IMG/VR virus record: IMGVR_UViG_3300013947_000004
Direction: 5' to 3' (one strand)
Length of the DNA: 64,000 nucleotides
From: a virus
How positions within the stretch are numbered: the stretch's first letter is position 1; each line of letters opens with the position of its first letter. Below are positions 55,220-64,000 of the stretch, one piece after another. Below the pieces are notes generated by a model, which worked only from the letters and a program-made list of their open reading frames with translations, was not told the DNA's origin and did not search any database. The position numbers and the translations under genes are program-made.

Positions 55220-57191
55220 CTATTTAGAAATGCCTTTGATACGTGCAGAAGCAATCGGGGCTGTACATTCCAATGTAACAGAACCAGTAATTACTTTCTG
55301 ACGATAAGTACCAGTACGAGGCGGATTTTCCGTGTGGAACGGAATAAGGTAGCCTAATTTCCAATACTGGAACTCAATCAAATCGACAACATCGTCAGTA
55401 TACATACGATGTGCGTTTACGTCAACTCTGCCAAAATCGGTTTCTATCCATTACCTTTGGCTATACCCCATATTACTATGGGAACTGACTATCCCTTAAC
55501 CTAGGCAACATTCGGAGCTTTTAACATTTCCTCTAAGGGCATAGCTCTTTTATGTTTTCTTACGGACGCTATTTCCACAATCAACTCTTTGGGGTACTTA
55601 TTCCTAACAATTCTCCCCTTACTATCTCTTGTAAATAAGTTTTCTTCTCTTTCTTTTATAAAGTTGAGAACAACTTCTGCATTATGCTGTTTTACAGAAT
55701 TGAGATAAGGGTAAACCATAGGAATAACACCTTTTACTCTCGCAAATCTATCTATTCTGATATTACATCTTTTTAGATGCTCTGGGTGGTTTTTATCTAT
55801 TACCCAACTTGCTTTATATCCAACCCCAATATCATCAAGGACTTGCATTACTTTGTTTATTACTCCTTCGTCTGTATTTGTAATACTAACAAAAGGAACA
55901 ATTACAAGGTTTCCTGTCTTACGAGTTGTTACTTGGAAGGATATGCTCCCTTCCCCATCCATAATTCCACCTAACCAAGCCAAATCTATCGGGTCTGGTT
56001 TGTGGAAGTCTAGGTTGTCTGCATTATAATATTTATAATCTATTGATACGTTTTTTGCTTTCAAATATTATACAACTCCTTCGTTATTTAGAAATATCCA
56101 AACATAGAAGTAATGTTAGTCGATAGCGAGCTGTTGGCTCACGCCACATACCCGACGGGATTACCCTTAGCATTACCTGTAGGGCTTCCCCGTTTGAGCA
56201 GACTTAATTTATCCGTCTATCACTAGGCGGCGACGCAATAGAACCAGTTTACGTCAATGACTTCGACAAGGTCTTTACTTTCCATCGGACGAGTTTTCTG
56301 TACACCCTGCGTCCATCCGGAGATTTTACGTTTGTTCTTCCCGGAGCAAACAACGGTATCAATACTGCCACCACGTTTCCAAACTGTCTGCATTGCATCA
56401 TTCAGAAGGTCAAATGTGAGTTCACCTTTTGTAGATGCTGTTGCGGCATCAATCAAGTTCTGGTTAGTCAAAACCATTTTAGAAGCGGCAACTGCGGCAG
56501 ACGGTTTAATAGCAGTTTCAGAAGTATTAGACATCATAGTCTCCTGCGGTGTGCTATGTACGGTAAAAGAGTTTGCGTCAATTACATGAACATAATATGT
56601 GGTATTTGCTTTATAATTGGAATCCAATACACCACCAGATGCCGCCGCAAAGATAACAGGGTCACCGTCAAATAATTCATGACCAGTTACGGTTACTTTA
56701 CCATCTGTGTCAATGCTAACTACTGGTTTTGTAGCTTCCAAGAAGTACGCAATACCGCCAAAACGTGCAGGCTGTGTATCTTCAGCCTTAGCTACTTTGT
56801 TGTTTACGATAGCGTATTCCAAGTCACGGGCAGTTTCTTTGCCGCACTTAACAAACTGGTAGGACAGTTCATCTCGTACACCATATTTCTTAACTGCCTG
56901 TGTGGTATCGGTCGTACTATAACCGTTGAGGAACTGTTGACAGTAGTTAGCAGAGCGTGTACGGGGACGTGCTTTCTGTACATCGAAATCAACAGCTTCA
57001 AGTGTAGCGTTGTCACGTGCAGGACGAAGGTTATCGTTCAACCATTCGTGTTTAGTGGATGTTACGGAAGTATTTCCGAATCGTTTAGAGTAGAACGTTT
57101 CGTCCGGGTCAAGAGCAGTGATGAAGTCACTAACATCTTCGATTTTCCCTACAATAGTCCCGGATTTCACGGTTTTATCAATAATTGCCAA
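55220..57191 (-). CDS. major capsid protein (HK97-fold type), interrupted by an intron (exons 57191-56251 and 55448-55220)
   Basis: Sits after the scaffold gene. Exon 2 (IETDFGRVDVNAHRMYTDD...ASARIKGISK) has no start or SD and reads like an MCP C-terminus. The joined product is 389 aa. Confidence 0.7.
55449..56250 (-). mobile_element. group I intron carrying a LAGLIDADG homing endonuclease gene
   Basis: The 5' exon ends UGACGU. Intron GCGUCG (56236-56231) can form P1 with U.G at the splice site. The intron ends ...GGUAAUG. Boundaries are inferred and may be off by a few nt. Confidence 0.6.
55501..56064 (-). CDS. LAGLIDADG homing endonuclease (intron-encoded)
   Basis: LAWLGGIMDGEGSISF motif; TTG start after AAGGAG. 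Confidence 0.75.
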   Translation of the reverse strand: MKAKNVSIDYKYYNADNLDFHKPDPIDLAWLGGIMDGEGSISFQVTTRKTGNLVIVPFVSITNTDEGVINKVMQVLDDIGVGYKASWVIDKNHPEHLKRCNIRIDRFARVKGVIPMVYPYLNSVKQHNAEVVLNFIKEREENLFTRDSKGRIVRNKYPKELIVEIASVRKHKRAMPLEEMLKAPNVA

Positions 57192-57206
57192 ATATATTCC
57201 TCCTCA

Positions 57207-58274
57207 TTAACCAAGCCCTAATTTTGTAGCAACTTGTGCCTGTTGGGCAAGGGTCATTTTACCTAATTTTGTATAATCTAAATTTTTCTGTGTTGGTTTT
57301 TGTGGTTCTTTCGTTGCTCCTGTATTTTCAACAAAAGGCGGTTTTACATTCGGTACTGGTTTTGCAGGACTTGCCATCGGCTGATTCTGTTGAACTGCAC
57401 GTTCACTAGCCGGGATATATCCTCTATTCCGATAATATTCATCACGTACCGCCGCCATGTATGCATCAATTACACGAGCATCGTTTTCACGGAGGGCTTT
57501 CTGAATCTTAACCGCCGCTCCATAAGGAAGCTGATTTAACCGCTGTGCGGCGTAAGTATCAATTTCCTTGATATTTGGGTCTTGGGCATATTTGCTATAT
57601 ACCTGCTGAAGTTCCTGCTGTTTTGCGTTCCGTTCATACATCTGGGCTTTGATAGTGGAAATTTCATCCGCTAAAGCCGCCTGATGAACTGGGTTGTATT
57701 CGTCGAAATCTTCTCCCAAATTGCGTTGTACCTGATTAATTGCATAATCAGATAAGGTCTTGTAGTATGCTTTCGGGTCTACTTGAGGCTGTACTGGTTT
57801 CTGTTGCTGTGCAGGTTGTCCCTGTTGGGGATTCTGTTGTTGATTATACTTCTGTTCCAAAGCTCTGCGTTCATTAGCGAGAGCTTGAGTTTTTTTCGTA
57901 TAATCAGCTTGCATCATATAACCACGCTGAAGTTCTTCAAGTGTGACCTGTCTGTCCACACCATCAACCTTGACAGTAAATGTCTGAGGTTTCGGAGGTT
58001 CCGGAGGTTGTTCCGCTGGCTGTTCTGGCTCATCAGAATCCTGTTCCCCGCCATCTGCATCGTCAAACATTTTTGGGTCGAATTTTACATCTCCCGTGTC
58101 TGGGTCGATTGACCAATCGTAATTACCGTCGTTCTGCTGATTAGAGCTATCGGCGGTATCCACTGAGGGGTTCTGAGTACCAGATTGTCCCTGTGTGTCT
58201 ATATTTCCATCAGAAGGCTGTTCACCGTCTGCGAAAAGCTGAATATTCATTTTTAATTCTTTTGTTTCTTCCAT
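57207..58274 (-). CDS. scaffolding protein candidate
   Basis: N-terminal MNIQLFADG-type motif, Q/P/E-rich, immediately upstream of the MCP gene. Confidence 0.5.
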   Translation of the reverse strand: MEETKELKMNIQLFADGEQPSDGNIDTQGQSGTQNPSVDTADSSNQQNDGNYDWSIDPDTGDVKFDPKMFDDADGGEQDSDEPEQPAEQPPEPPKPQTFTVKVDGVDRQVTLEELQRGYMMQADYTKKTQALANERRALEQKYNQQQNPQQGQPAQQQKPVQPQVDPKAYYKTLSDYAINQVQRNLGEDFDEYNPVHQAALADEISTIKAQMYERNAKQQELQQVYSKYAQDPNIKEIDTYAAQRLNQLPYGAAVKIQKALRENDARVIDAYMAAVRDEYYRNRGYIPASERAVQQNQPMASPAKPVPNVKPPFVENTGATKEPQKPTQKNLDYTKLGKMTLAQQAQVATKLGLG

Positions 58275-58333
58275 TTGTTTCTCCTTTCACTCCCGTTAAT
58301 CGGGTTGGTGAGTAAATTATAGGATTTCTTTAT

Positions 58334-59254
58334 TTAGTCCCCCCATAACCAAGCAAAGAGTTTTGGAGGCGTACCATCCCCTACAGGACTCGGATATGTT
58401 CCTGTACGGTAGTAATAATCTTTGGAGTACTGGTCATCCAAAGCCGCTGATTCTTCTGGGGTAGCCTCCCGAATAGTTGGGGTGTCGTCACTATAATCAG
58501 AAGAATAACTGTCTCCCGATGAGTAATCGCCGTAATCACTATAGCCAGAATCGTAATATCCACTATCCCCGTCGGAGTAATCACCACCGGAATAATAGCT
58601 ATTGTCATAACCACCGCCGGAGCTAGCCTGCTGTGCCGCAAGTGCCGCCTGTCGACGGGCTTCTGCTTCCATACGTGCTTTTTCTGCCAAATATGCAGTC
58701 CAATCACGGGATGCTTGGTTCGGTTGGATAGCCCCAGCATTAACTAAAGCATTATATGCCTGGTAATTAAACCGCCGTTTCATATACTGGTTAATCATGT
58801 CATCCGACCAGTCTGGATGTAACTGTTTCAGTTTATCCACATTCCATTCCTGTGCCTGTACAACGTCAGAGGGGTTCATCAAAGTGGAACCATCCCCTAA
58901 ATTAGCTGTCTGAGCTTGGAAGGCAGGGGAGTCCATTTTAGTATTGTTGGGAACATACTGCGGCAAACTTGGCTGTAAACTATTCAATTTATCAAGCAAT
59001 TCTTGCCGACGTACGTTAAATCCATTAAATCCAGCCGCTTTATCCATCGCCTGTGCTTGGGCTAATTTCTGATTAACGGCGGCACCTACTGGACTATTCA
59101 AAATATTCTGTTTCTGTCCCTGCCCCGTAGCTATCTGCTGTGGAGTAGTAGACATCGGTGGAGCATTAACAGCCGCTAGATACTGTGAGTAATTAGCTTG
59201 TGGCTGATTAATCTGTTGGTCTTCTTTGTAAGAAATTCTGTTCTGTTTTGCCAT
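58334..59254 (-). CDS. Q/N-rich protein with Y/S/D/G low-complexity acidic tail (306 aa)
   Basis: ORF track; head module. Confidence 0.55.
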   Translation of the reverse strand: MAKQNRISYKEDQQINQPQANYSQYLAAVNAPPMSTTPQQIATGQGQKQNILNSPVGAAVNQKLAQAQAMDKAAGFNGFNVRRQELLDKLNSLQPSLPQYVPNNTKMDSPAFQAQTANLGDGSTLMNPSDVVQAQEWNVDKLKQLHPDWSDDMINQYMKRRFNYQAYNALVNAGAIQPNQASRDWTAYLAEKARMEAEARRQAALAAQQASSGGGYDNSYYSGGDYSDGDSGYYDSGYSDYGDYSSGDSYSSDYSDDTPTIREATPEESAALDDQYSKDYYYRTGTYPSPVGDGTPPKLFAWLWGD

Positions 59255-59273
59255 TAAATTTTATGATTCCCCC

Positions 59274-59570
59274 TTATAAAGTATAACTATTAGCTGGTTC
59301 TTTATTATCGGAAAGAGCTTCAAATTCATTTTTTGCAATTTCAGCATTTGTTACTTTGGCTTCAAGCCAGCTTTTAAAATCCTCCAATGCCACCAGCTTG
59401 TTGCGAAGGCCCATTACCTCGCGGTCTTGGCACGTTTTGAGGTGTTCGATTGTCAGTTCTTGATAATCCTCCAACCATTTGGCTGTTAGGGTCTTGACTA
59501 GCTCCGCTTTGTCCCCCAATTCCATTGCCGAGCATAGAGCCTGTCTGTACTCCAATTCCGTTTTGTCCAT
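59274..59570 (-). CDS. coiled-coil protein (98 aa)
   Basis: ATG 59570 follows GGGGAGGAGG. Lies out of frame inside the 3' end of the portal ORF. Confidence 0.55.
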   Translation of the reverse strand: MDKTELEYRQALCSAMELGDKAELVKTLTAKWLEDYQELTIEHLKTCQDREVMGLRNKLVALEDFKSWLEAKVTNAEIAKNEFEALSDNKEPANSYTL

Positions 59571-61530
59571 TATTTGAACCTCCTCCCCACATAGTTCTTG
59601 TTGCTGTAGAGCTATTGAACAGAGCTTGTAACTCAGGCGGCAACTGCATCATAATTTCTGGAGGGAGAACCCCAGTTTGCATGTATAACTGTGCCGCTTG
59701 CGGCGGTAACGAAGCCAAAACCTGCATTTTTAGTTGTTCTTCCATAACCATCCTCTGCTGAACAAGAGCAGGGTCTGTAATATAATCCGCATAATTCTTA
59801 AAGCCAGCGGCTTCAATCCATTTCTTAAAGAGATTGTATACATTGTCAGGCGTTACAATTGGGATACCTGCCGCCCGCACTTGCATCAAAGCTGTAAGCA
59901 TGGACTGTAGCATCATCTGAGTGGACTCTTTGGAGGCGATACTGATTCCAGCATTGACAACCAAATCGAAATTCCCCTGTAAATCATCTGGGCTGATGGC
60001 TAATTCTTGGTTGGTCAAGCGGATAACCGTTTCTTGGTCTATGAATTTTTGGTTTAACCCAATCATAAAACGGAACAGTTCATACACGCCAGTTTCAGCA
60101 AACATTCTCGCAATCAACTCAAGTCTTTGGGTAGACGCACCCATTATCTGAGAAATACCTGTAGCCGTTTTATTGAGCGTGTTCGCATCTAGACCTTGGT
60201 TATACCGAGTAATACCGGTCCGGTTTTCTTTTTGTGCTTCTATGTATTCAAGGAATTGATATGTATATGGGCTTAACTGGTTTACAGGCATTGACATAGC
60301 AACGTCCTGCATAGCGTGGTTGGCTTTTTTCCGAATAACAGCTCTGCCTTTGACATAATCGTCGATATTGATAGCATCTTCTGCCAAAATCATCTTTGGG
60401 TCATTGGTAAGGGCGATATTCTGTACAATCTGCCGAGTTAATGCAACTTTTAAATCCTGTAATTCCCCAATTAACTCTGCATAAGAGCGTTTTACCCAAA
60501 TTCTATGCGGGTCTTTTGTAGGGCTGATAGAGAAAAACGGATGTCTGCCCATATAATTGGGTTCCACCCGTAAAATAGTGTCATCAACAATGGTTACTAT
60601 CATATCTTCAAGCACACCATCGTTATCCCAGTCTATTTTTGTATAACATTCGTATAAGGTAACTTCCGCCCGCGCATCATCGGCTTCTTGACTCATTCCT
60701 TGGTAGTTATCACCAATAACCTGTTCGACGATATCATCATCTAAGATGCCAGTCATCGGCTTTGGCGTGATTTGGTCTACGTTTGCGTAAATGCCTTGCT
60801 GTTCCTTCTCCCGCAAATATGACATTGTCACCTTTTTCTTATGGGCTACAAAGTTTGCTTCATCAAGAGTCTTCGCATCGGAAGAATAAAGCAATTCCGA
60901 TACTAGAATATTCTCAATAACGGGAGCGTTCTTCACGTAATATGGGCTTAAATACTGTACCCTCATAATACCAAACTCATCAGGACCTTCGACGCTCTGG
61001 ATTTTAACATTCTGTTGCTGTAATTCTTGGAAAGCTCTCATGTTCATAGACTGTTCCAAGAGCTGGCAATCTTCTTTTCTGTCCCAGTAGCATTTAATAA
61101 TGCCCATCCCAGTTATCAGGGCATCTTTCATCCAGTTATATAAGATAGGGAAGAAACGATTCTGCCGTTGTAACTGATAAACGAGCAATTCCTGCATGAT
61201 TTCGGCATTTTTATCGTCTTCTTCTGATGCCCCCTGTACGGTAACAACTTCGTCACCGCCAGTAAAGACTTTAATCAGAGAAGGTAACGCCCATTCAATC
61301 GTATCTGTAACGTCTGTAGATACCAAAGACGAAACCTTGGACAGGCGAGGAAATTTGCGGGCGTAGTAATCCTTGTCGGCGTAGTAAATTTCGTAACGTT
61401 CTTTTACTGTTGGAAGGATTACAGAATCTTGGTAATTTTCAGCATCAGAAATATCTCTCTGAATAGCAGTTACTAAGCTTTTGTCAATATCATCTATTGA
61501 CGGATTTTCTTTATTCTGAAGAAAACTCAC
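59374..61530 (-). CDS. portal protein
   Basis: 718-aa ORF between TerL and the scaffold/MCP genes. GTG start after GGGGGGA. Called mainly by size and position. Confidence 0.65.
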   Translation of the reverse strand: MSFLQNKENPSIDDIDKSLVTAIQRDISDAENYQDSVILPTVKERYEIYYADKDYYARKFPRLSKVSSLVSTDVTDTIEWALPSLIKVFTGGDEVVTVQGASEEDDKNAEIMQELLVYQLQRQNRFFPILYNWMKDALITGMGIIKCYWDRKEDCQLLEQSMNMRAFQELQQQNVKIQSVEGPDEFGIMRVQYLSPYYVKNAPVIENILVSELLYSSDAKTLDEANFVAHKKKVTMSYLREKEQQGIYANVDQITPKPMTGILDDDIVEQVIGDNYQGMSQEADDARAEVTLYECYTKIDWDNDGVLEDMIVTIVDDTILRVEPNYMGRHPFFSISPTKDPHRIWVKRSYAELIGELQDLKVALTRQIVQNIALTNDPKMILAEDAINIDDYVKGRAVIRKKANHAMQDVAMSMPVNQLSPYTYQFLEYIEAQKENRTGITRYNQGLDANTLNKTATGISQIMGASTQRLELIARMFAETGVYELFRFMIGLNQKFIDQETVIRLTNQELAISPDDLQGNFDLVVNAGISIASKESTQMMLQSMLTALMQVRAAGIPIVTPDNVYNLFKKWIEAAGFKNYADYITDPALVQQRMVMEEQLKMQVLASLPPQAAQLYMQTGVLPPEIMMQLPPELQALFNSSTATRTMWGGGSNNGQNGIGVQTGSMLGNGIGGQSGASQDPNSQMVGGLSRTDNRTPQNVPRPRGNGPSQQAGGIGGF

Positions 61531-61541
61531 TAAATCCCCCC

Positions 61542-61820
61542 TTACACCTGTCTATTTACAATCGTCGGTGGCTTAAACGCAGAACCAAATATCTCCCCAT
61601 TATCTAAAAGCACCAAAGAGCGTTTCCCCCGACCACGTGTAGCGTCATGGTATTTGCCCTCATCTCTAGCTTTTAAATATAAAGTATGGGTGTATTTACC
61701 AATATATGGAAGGATGGAAGTTACACGGTTTACATTAACCATAAAACCAAAACCTATACCTAAAAAGGGGCCGTTTTCATTATTTAAGCCTATCCTTGTT
61801 TCTAAAGCTCCTTTTGACAT
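61542..61820 (-). CDS. RemA/DUF370-family protein
   Basis: GIGFGFMVNVNRVTSILP...KARDEGKYHDATRGRGKRSLVLLDNGEIFGSAFKPPTIVNR parallels B. subtilis RemA (IGFGN..ANR..SIVSP...ARD.G.LIDAT.GRRTRAV...SA.QPET...R). ATG 61820 follows GAGGAGGAG. Confidence 0.7.
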   Translation of the reverse strand: MSKGALETRIGLNNENGPFLGIGFGFMVNVNRVTSILPYIGKYTHTLYLKARDEGKYHDATRGRGKRSLVLLDNGEIFGSAFKPPTIVNRQV

Positions 61821-62083
61821 AACTCCTCCTCTATTACAAATAAATACCTCCCCGCCACGAGGAGGCCCCCTTTTGCAAATGAAAACAAGGAAAACCTTAT
61901 TTAGCATAGGAAAAGCAGGGTATATTTTAAGAAGTCCCCGTAGAGATACTTCCTTGGCTGTTAAAATTTCAGGCTTATGCAGTCACGTCTGACCAAACCA
62001 ACCTTAAAAAGTATGCCCGTCCGTTTAGGATAGAGCTACTTTCGAGGGTCTACCCTCCCAGCATAATTTAATGGTTTCTTTCT

Positions 62084-62157
62084 TGGCGAGGACTGATAGA
62101 TTCGAACTACCATTAAGGGTTTTGGAGACCCCTGTTCTTCCATTAAACTAAATCCCC
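62084..62157 (-). tRNA. trnW: tRNA-Trp (anticodon CCA), CCA end encoded
   Basis: Folded by hand: 7-bp acceptor, 4-bp D stem with GG loop, anticodon stem GGGGU/ACCCU, loop CUCCAAA, T arm GGTAG-TTCGAAT-CTATC, discriminator G, then CCA. Confidence 0.85.
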
Positions 62158-62292
62158 AAGATATTCTCTTACCAAACTCTCCTGCCGTAGGATACAAAGT
62201 TCAGAGAAAAGCTTTAATCACCTCCTTTCAACTACGGCAAAGTAATATTTGCTTTAGTTGTCAAAAGGTATCACCTCTTTCAAAGTGTTTAT

Positions 62293-64000
62293 TTACATAC
62301 TCCCGGCGAATGGGATATCTTCCCCACCGACTTTTTCATAACTGCTAACGGGAGCAAAGTATACTTGGTCTTGGTATGCCAAAGCATCAATTAAATCATC
62401 GTGTAAAGATTTAGGGAAAGCAAGAAGTTCTCCTTCTAATTCTCCGAGAAAGGAAGCTCCCATGGGGAACCATACCGTACCTGCTTTAAATCTTGGCTGG
62501 ATGGCTTTAATACGTTCTTCCTTCTTTTCTTTTGCTTCCAAATCTTTTACCGTGAACCAGACATTCCTCTTAGGCATTTCCTTTTCTACAAAGTGGGATA
62601 ACGCCGCTTGGTACGCAACCTTTTCCATTCCTACATATACTGGCTTATATCGAACCACGGCATCAAAGATGGCATCAATCGTATCGGAAGGATTCCACCG
62701 TCCGTAGTTGATATCGAGGATAAACCAATGGTTATCGGAATTAACTCCTACCGTACATACAACCGTGTAGTCGGCAGTTTCTTTTTGGGAAATAGCCAAG
62801 TCAACCGTAGTGAATATATTCATATCCTTTGTAGTTACTTCTTCCGGCTTGTAGTATTTAAAATATTCCTTTTTGAATAATTGGCTTTCGGGGGAAATAG
62901 CAATACACATTTTTTCTCTTTCCCACACATCCAAGTTACCGATACGACGAAAGGCTTCCCGTTCAGCTTTGATTTCGTCTGAACTCCATCGTTCGGGCCA
63001 TACGGAATTTCCTTCTGCGTCTAAAATAGGAATGCGGACGCCAATAAACTTCAAATCCTTCTGATTTTCAATAACCCTCTCTATTAAGCATTTCTCACCT
63101 AAGTTATTGCCAATCATAAAAATTCTTGTTTTCTTACCAAGGAAGTTTACATCGGATAAAAACCATTCCCAGTCGGATTCTTGTACTGTATCCGATTTAG
63201 CATCTTCAATATCCTGCGGGTCATCTATTAATACAATAGACGGACGGCAGTCATGTACATTCAAACCACGGATAGAAGCCCCTTTGCCATAGGCTTCAAA
63301 GCGCACCCACATCTCCTCTTGGTTTTCGTCTGTTACCACTACTTCAAACCCAGTCTGGGATTGTTCTACAATCTTAACCAAATTCATAGATAATAGTTCG
63401 TTACTCAGCCATTCATCTTCTATTTCTTTTAATCTCTTGCTAGCCAATCTTTGGTTAGCCATAATAAAGACTACGTACCGTTTGTCTCTAGAAGGGAATG
63501 TAAGGCAATGGAAGGGGAAAGCTCTAAGCACGACCCCGGAATTATGAGTTGGGATACATCCTGTACCGCATAAAAATAATCCCGTAGGACTGTCAACCTT
63601 AATACACATGGTTGGGACAGATTTGCAAGGGGTTACTTTCTTTACGGTTCTCATTTTTGACCGGGCATCTTGTTTCTCTTGGATTAAATAATTCTTCCTC
63701 TTTAACCTTAGGAATTTATTTGTTGTTTTAAAGGAAATGTCAAAATGTGGAAAACATTCTTTCCCATATAAATAGGTTTTGCTTTCCGTCATAGTACATT
63801 TAAGCCCAAGGCTTTTAATTAAATAAAATGTTCCTTCGGCTAATCTTTTATTCGTATTAGTAAAGGTGATAGTCCCTTTCTTCGTCCCCGTCTTAGCAAT
63901 AGTCCCATCACTATCAACAAGTCCCGCCAATAAATCCCATCGGTTTGCCTCGCTATCGTAAAAATATTCCTCTGGGATATGTTTGTCGTGGAATAATTTT
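62293..64000 (-). CDS. terL: terminase large subunit (5' end outside the window), interrupted by an intein
   Basis: The C-extein begins at 63540 (SGVVLRAF...), with IVLIDDPQD and a C-terminal nuclease-like region. The frame stays open to nt 64000. Confidence 0.8.
   Translation of the reverse strand, partial: KLFHDKHIPEEYFYDSEANRWDLLAGLVDSDGTIAKTGTKKGTITFTNTNKRLAEGTFYLIKSLGLKCTMTESKTYLYGKECFPHFDISFKTTNKFLRLKRKNYLIQEKQDARSKMRTVKKVTPCKSVPTMCIKVDSPTGLFLCGTGCIPTHNSGVVLRAFPFHCLTFPSRDKRYVVFIMANQRLASKRLKEIEDEWLSNELLSMNLVKIVEQSQTGFEVVVTDENQEEMWVRFEAYGKGASIRGLNVHDCRPSIVLIDDPQDIEDAKSDTVQESDWEWFLSDVNFLGKKTRIFMIGNNLGEKCLIERVIENQKDLKFIGVRIPILDAEGNSVWPERWSSDEIKAEREAFRRIGNLDVWEREKMCIAISPESQLFKKEYFKYYKPEEVTTKDMNIFTTVDLAISQKETADYTVVCTVGVNSDNHWFILDINYGRWNPSDTIDAIFDAVVRYKPVYVGMEKVAYQAALSHFVEKEMPKRNVWFTVKDLEAKEKKEERIKAIQPRFKAGTVWFPMGASFLGELEGELLAFPKSLHDDLIDALAYQDQVYFAPVSSYEKVGGEDIPFAGSM
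63541..64000 (-). mobile_element. intein C-terminal part with LAGLIDADG domain (partial, continues beyond the window)
   Basis: LLAGLVDSDG motif (the track's M is a TTG Leu). Ends CIPTHN before S+1. Blocks F/G closely resemble the DnaB intein. Confidence 0.8.

Noticed and set aside
56679-57221. 180-aa + strand ORF opposite the capsid gene
   Set aside because: It is an antisense shadow of the highly expressed MCP exon 1.
61654-61992. 112-aa + strand ORF
   Set aside because: It lies antisense to the RemA-like gene and its SD region and has no translation signals of its own.
1-64000. Stop-codon reassignment or a suppressor tRNA; DGR or retron elements
   Set aside because: Long ORFs of up to 2373 codons read cleanly in the standard code, and TAA, TAG and TGA all serve as stops. 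The only tRNA has a normal Trp anticodon. No reverse-transcriptase-like ORF was seen.

Overview
The whole window is a temperate bacteriophage or prophage genome of Firmicutes style. Genes carry strong AGGAGG-type SD sites, and promoters look like sigma-A TTGACA/TATAAT.

Layout:
- 1-830: ORF-poor, hairpin-rich non-coding region.
- 919-7783 (+): small early or accessory genes, including a SprT-like peptidase, a Zn-ribbon amidoligase and an SNF2 helicase.
- 7801-25692 (-): regulation, nucleotide metabolism and replication or recombination. This block holds a TerS-like HTH, a sigma-r4-like protein, a 3D-domain protein, nrdD/nrdG/thioredoxin, a ThyX-like protein, dUTPase, an Hjc-like resolvase, a Cas4/RecB-like nuclease, a DnaG-DnaB primase-helicase, a 730-nt repeat-filled gap that may be the origin, two wHTH proteins, a Rad52-like SSAP and an Xis-like HTH.
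- 25872-27545 (+): tyrosine integrase and an XRE repressor.
- 27559-31206 (-): Pol III alpha.
- 31467-64000 (-): lysis cassette and the structural or packaging operon, read right to left as TerL (runs off the window), tRNA-Trp, RemA-like protein, portal, scaffold, MCP, connectors, fibres, peptidoglycan hydrolases and a 2373-aa giant protein.

Most striking observations:
- Five self-splicing elements sit in essential genes. These are class-3-type LAGLIDADG inteins in the DnaB P-loop and in TerL, an HNH intein in Pol III alpha, and group I introns in nrdD and the major capsid gene.
- A phased array of five ~105-bp units has covarying hairpins that I cannot assign to any described element.
- A ~630-nt structured ORF-free region may be a large ncRNA.
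- A RemA/DUF370 homologue lies inside the packaging module.
- A triplicated promoter box points antisense into the late operon in two of its three copies.
- A candidate -1 frameshift site (G_GGA_AAT) joins two frames of one early gene.

All calls come from reading the sequence and from remembered motifs. No database search was run.
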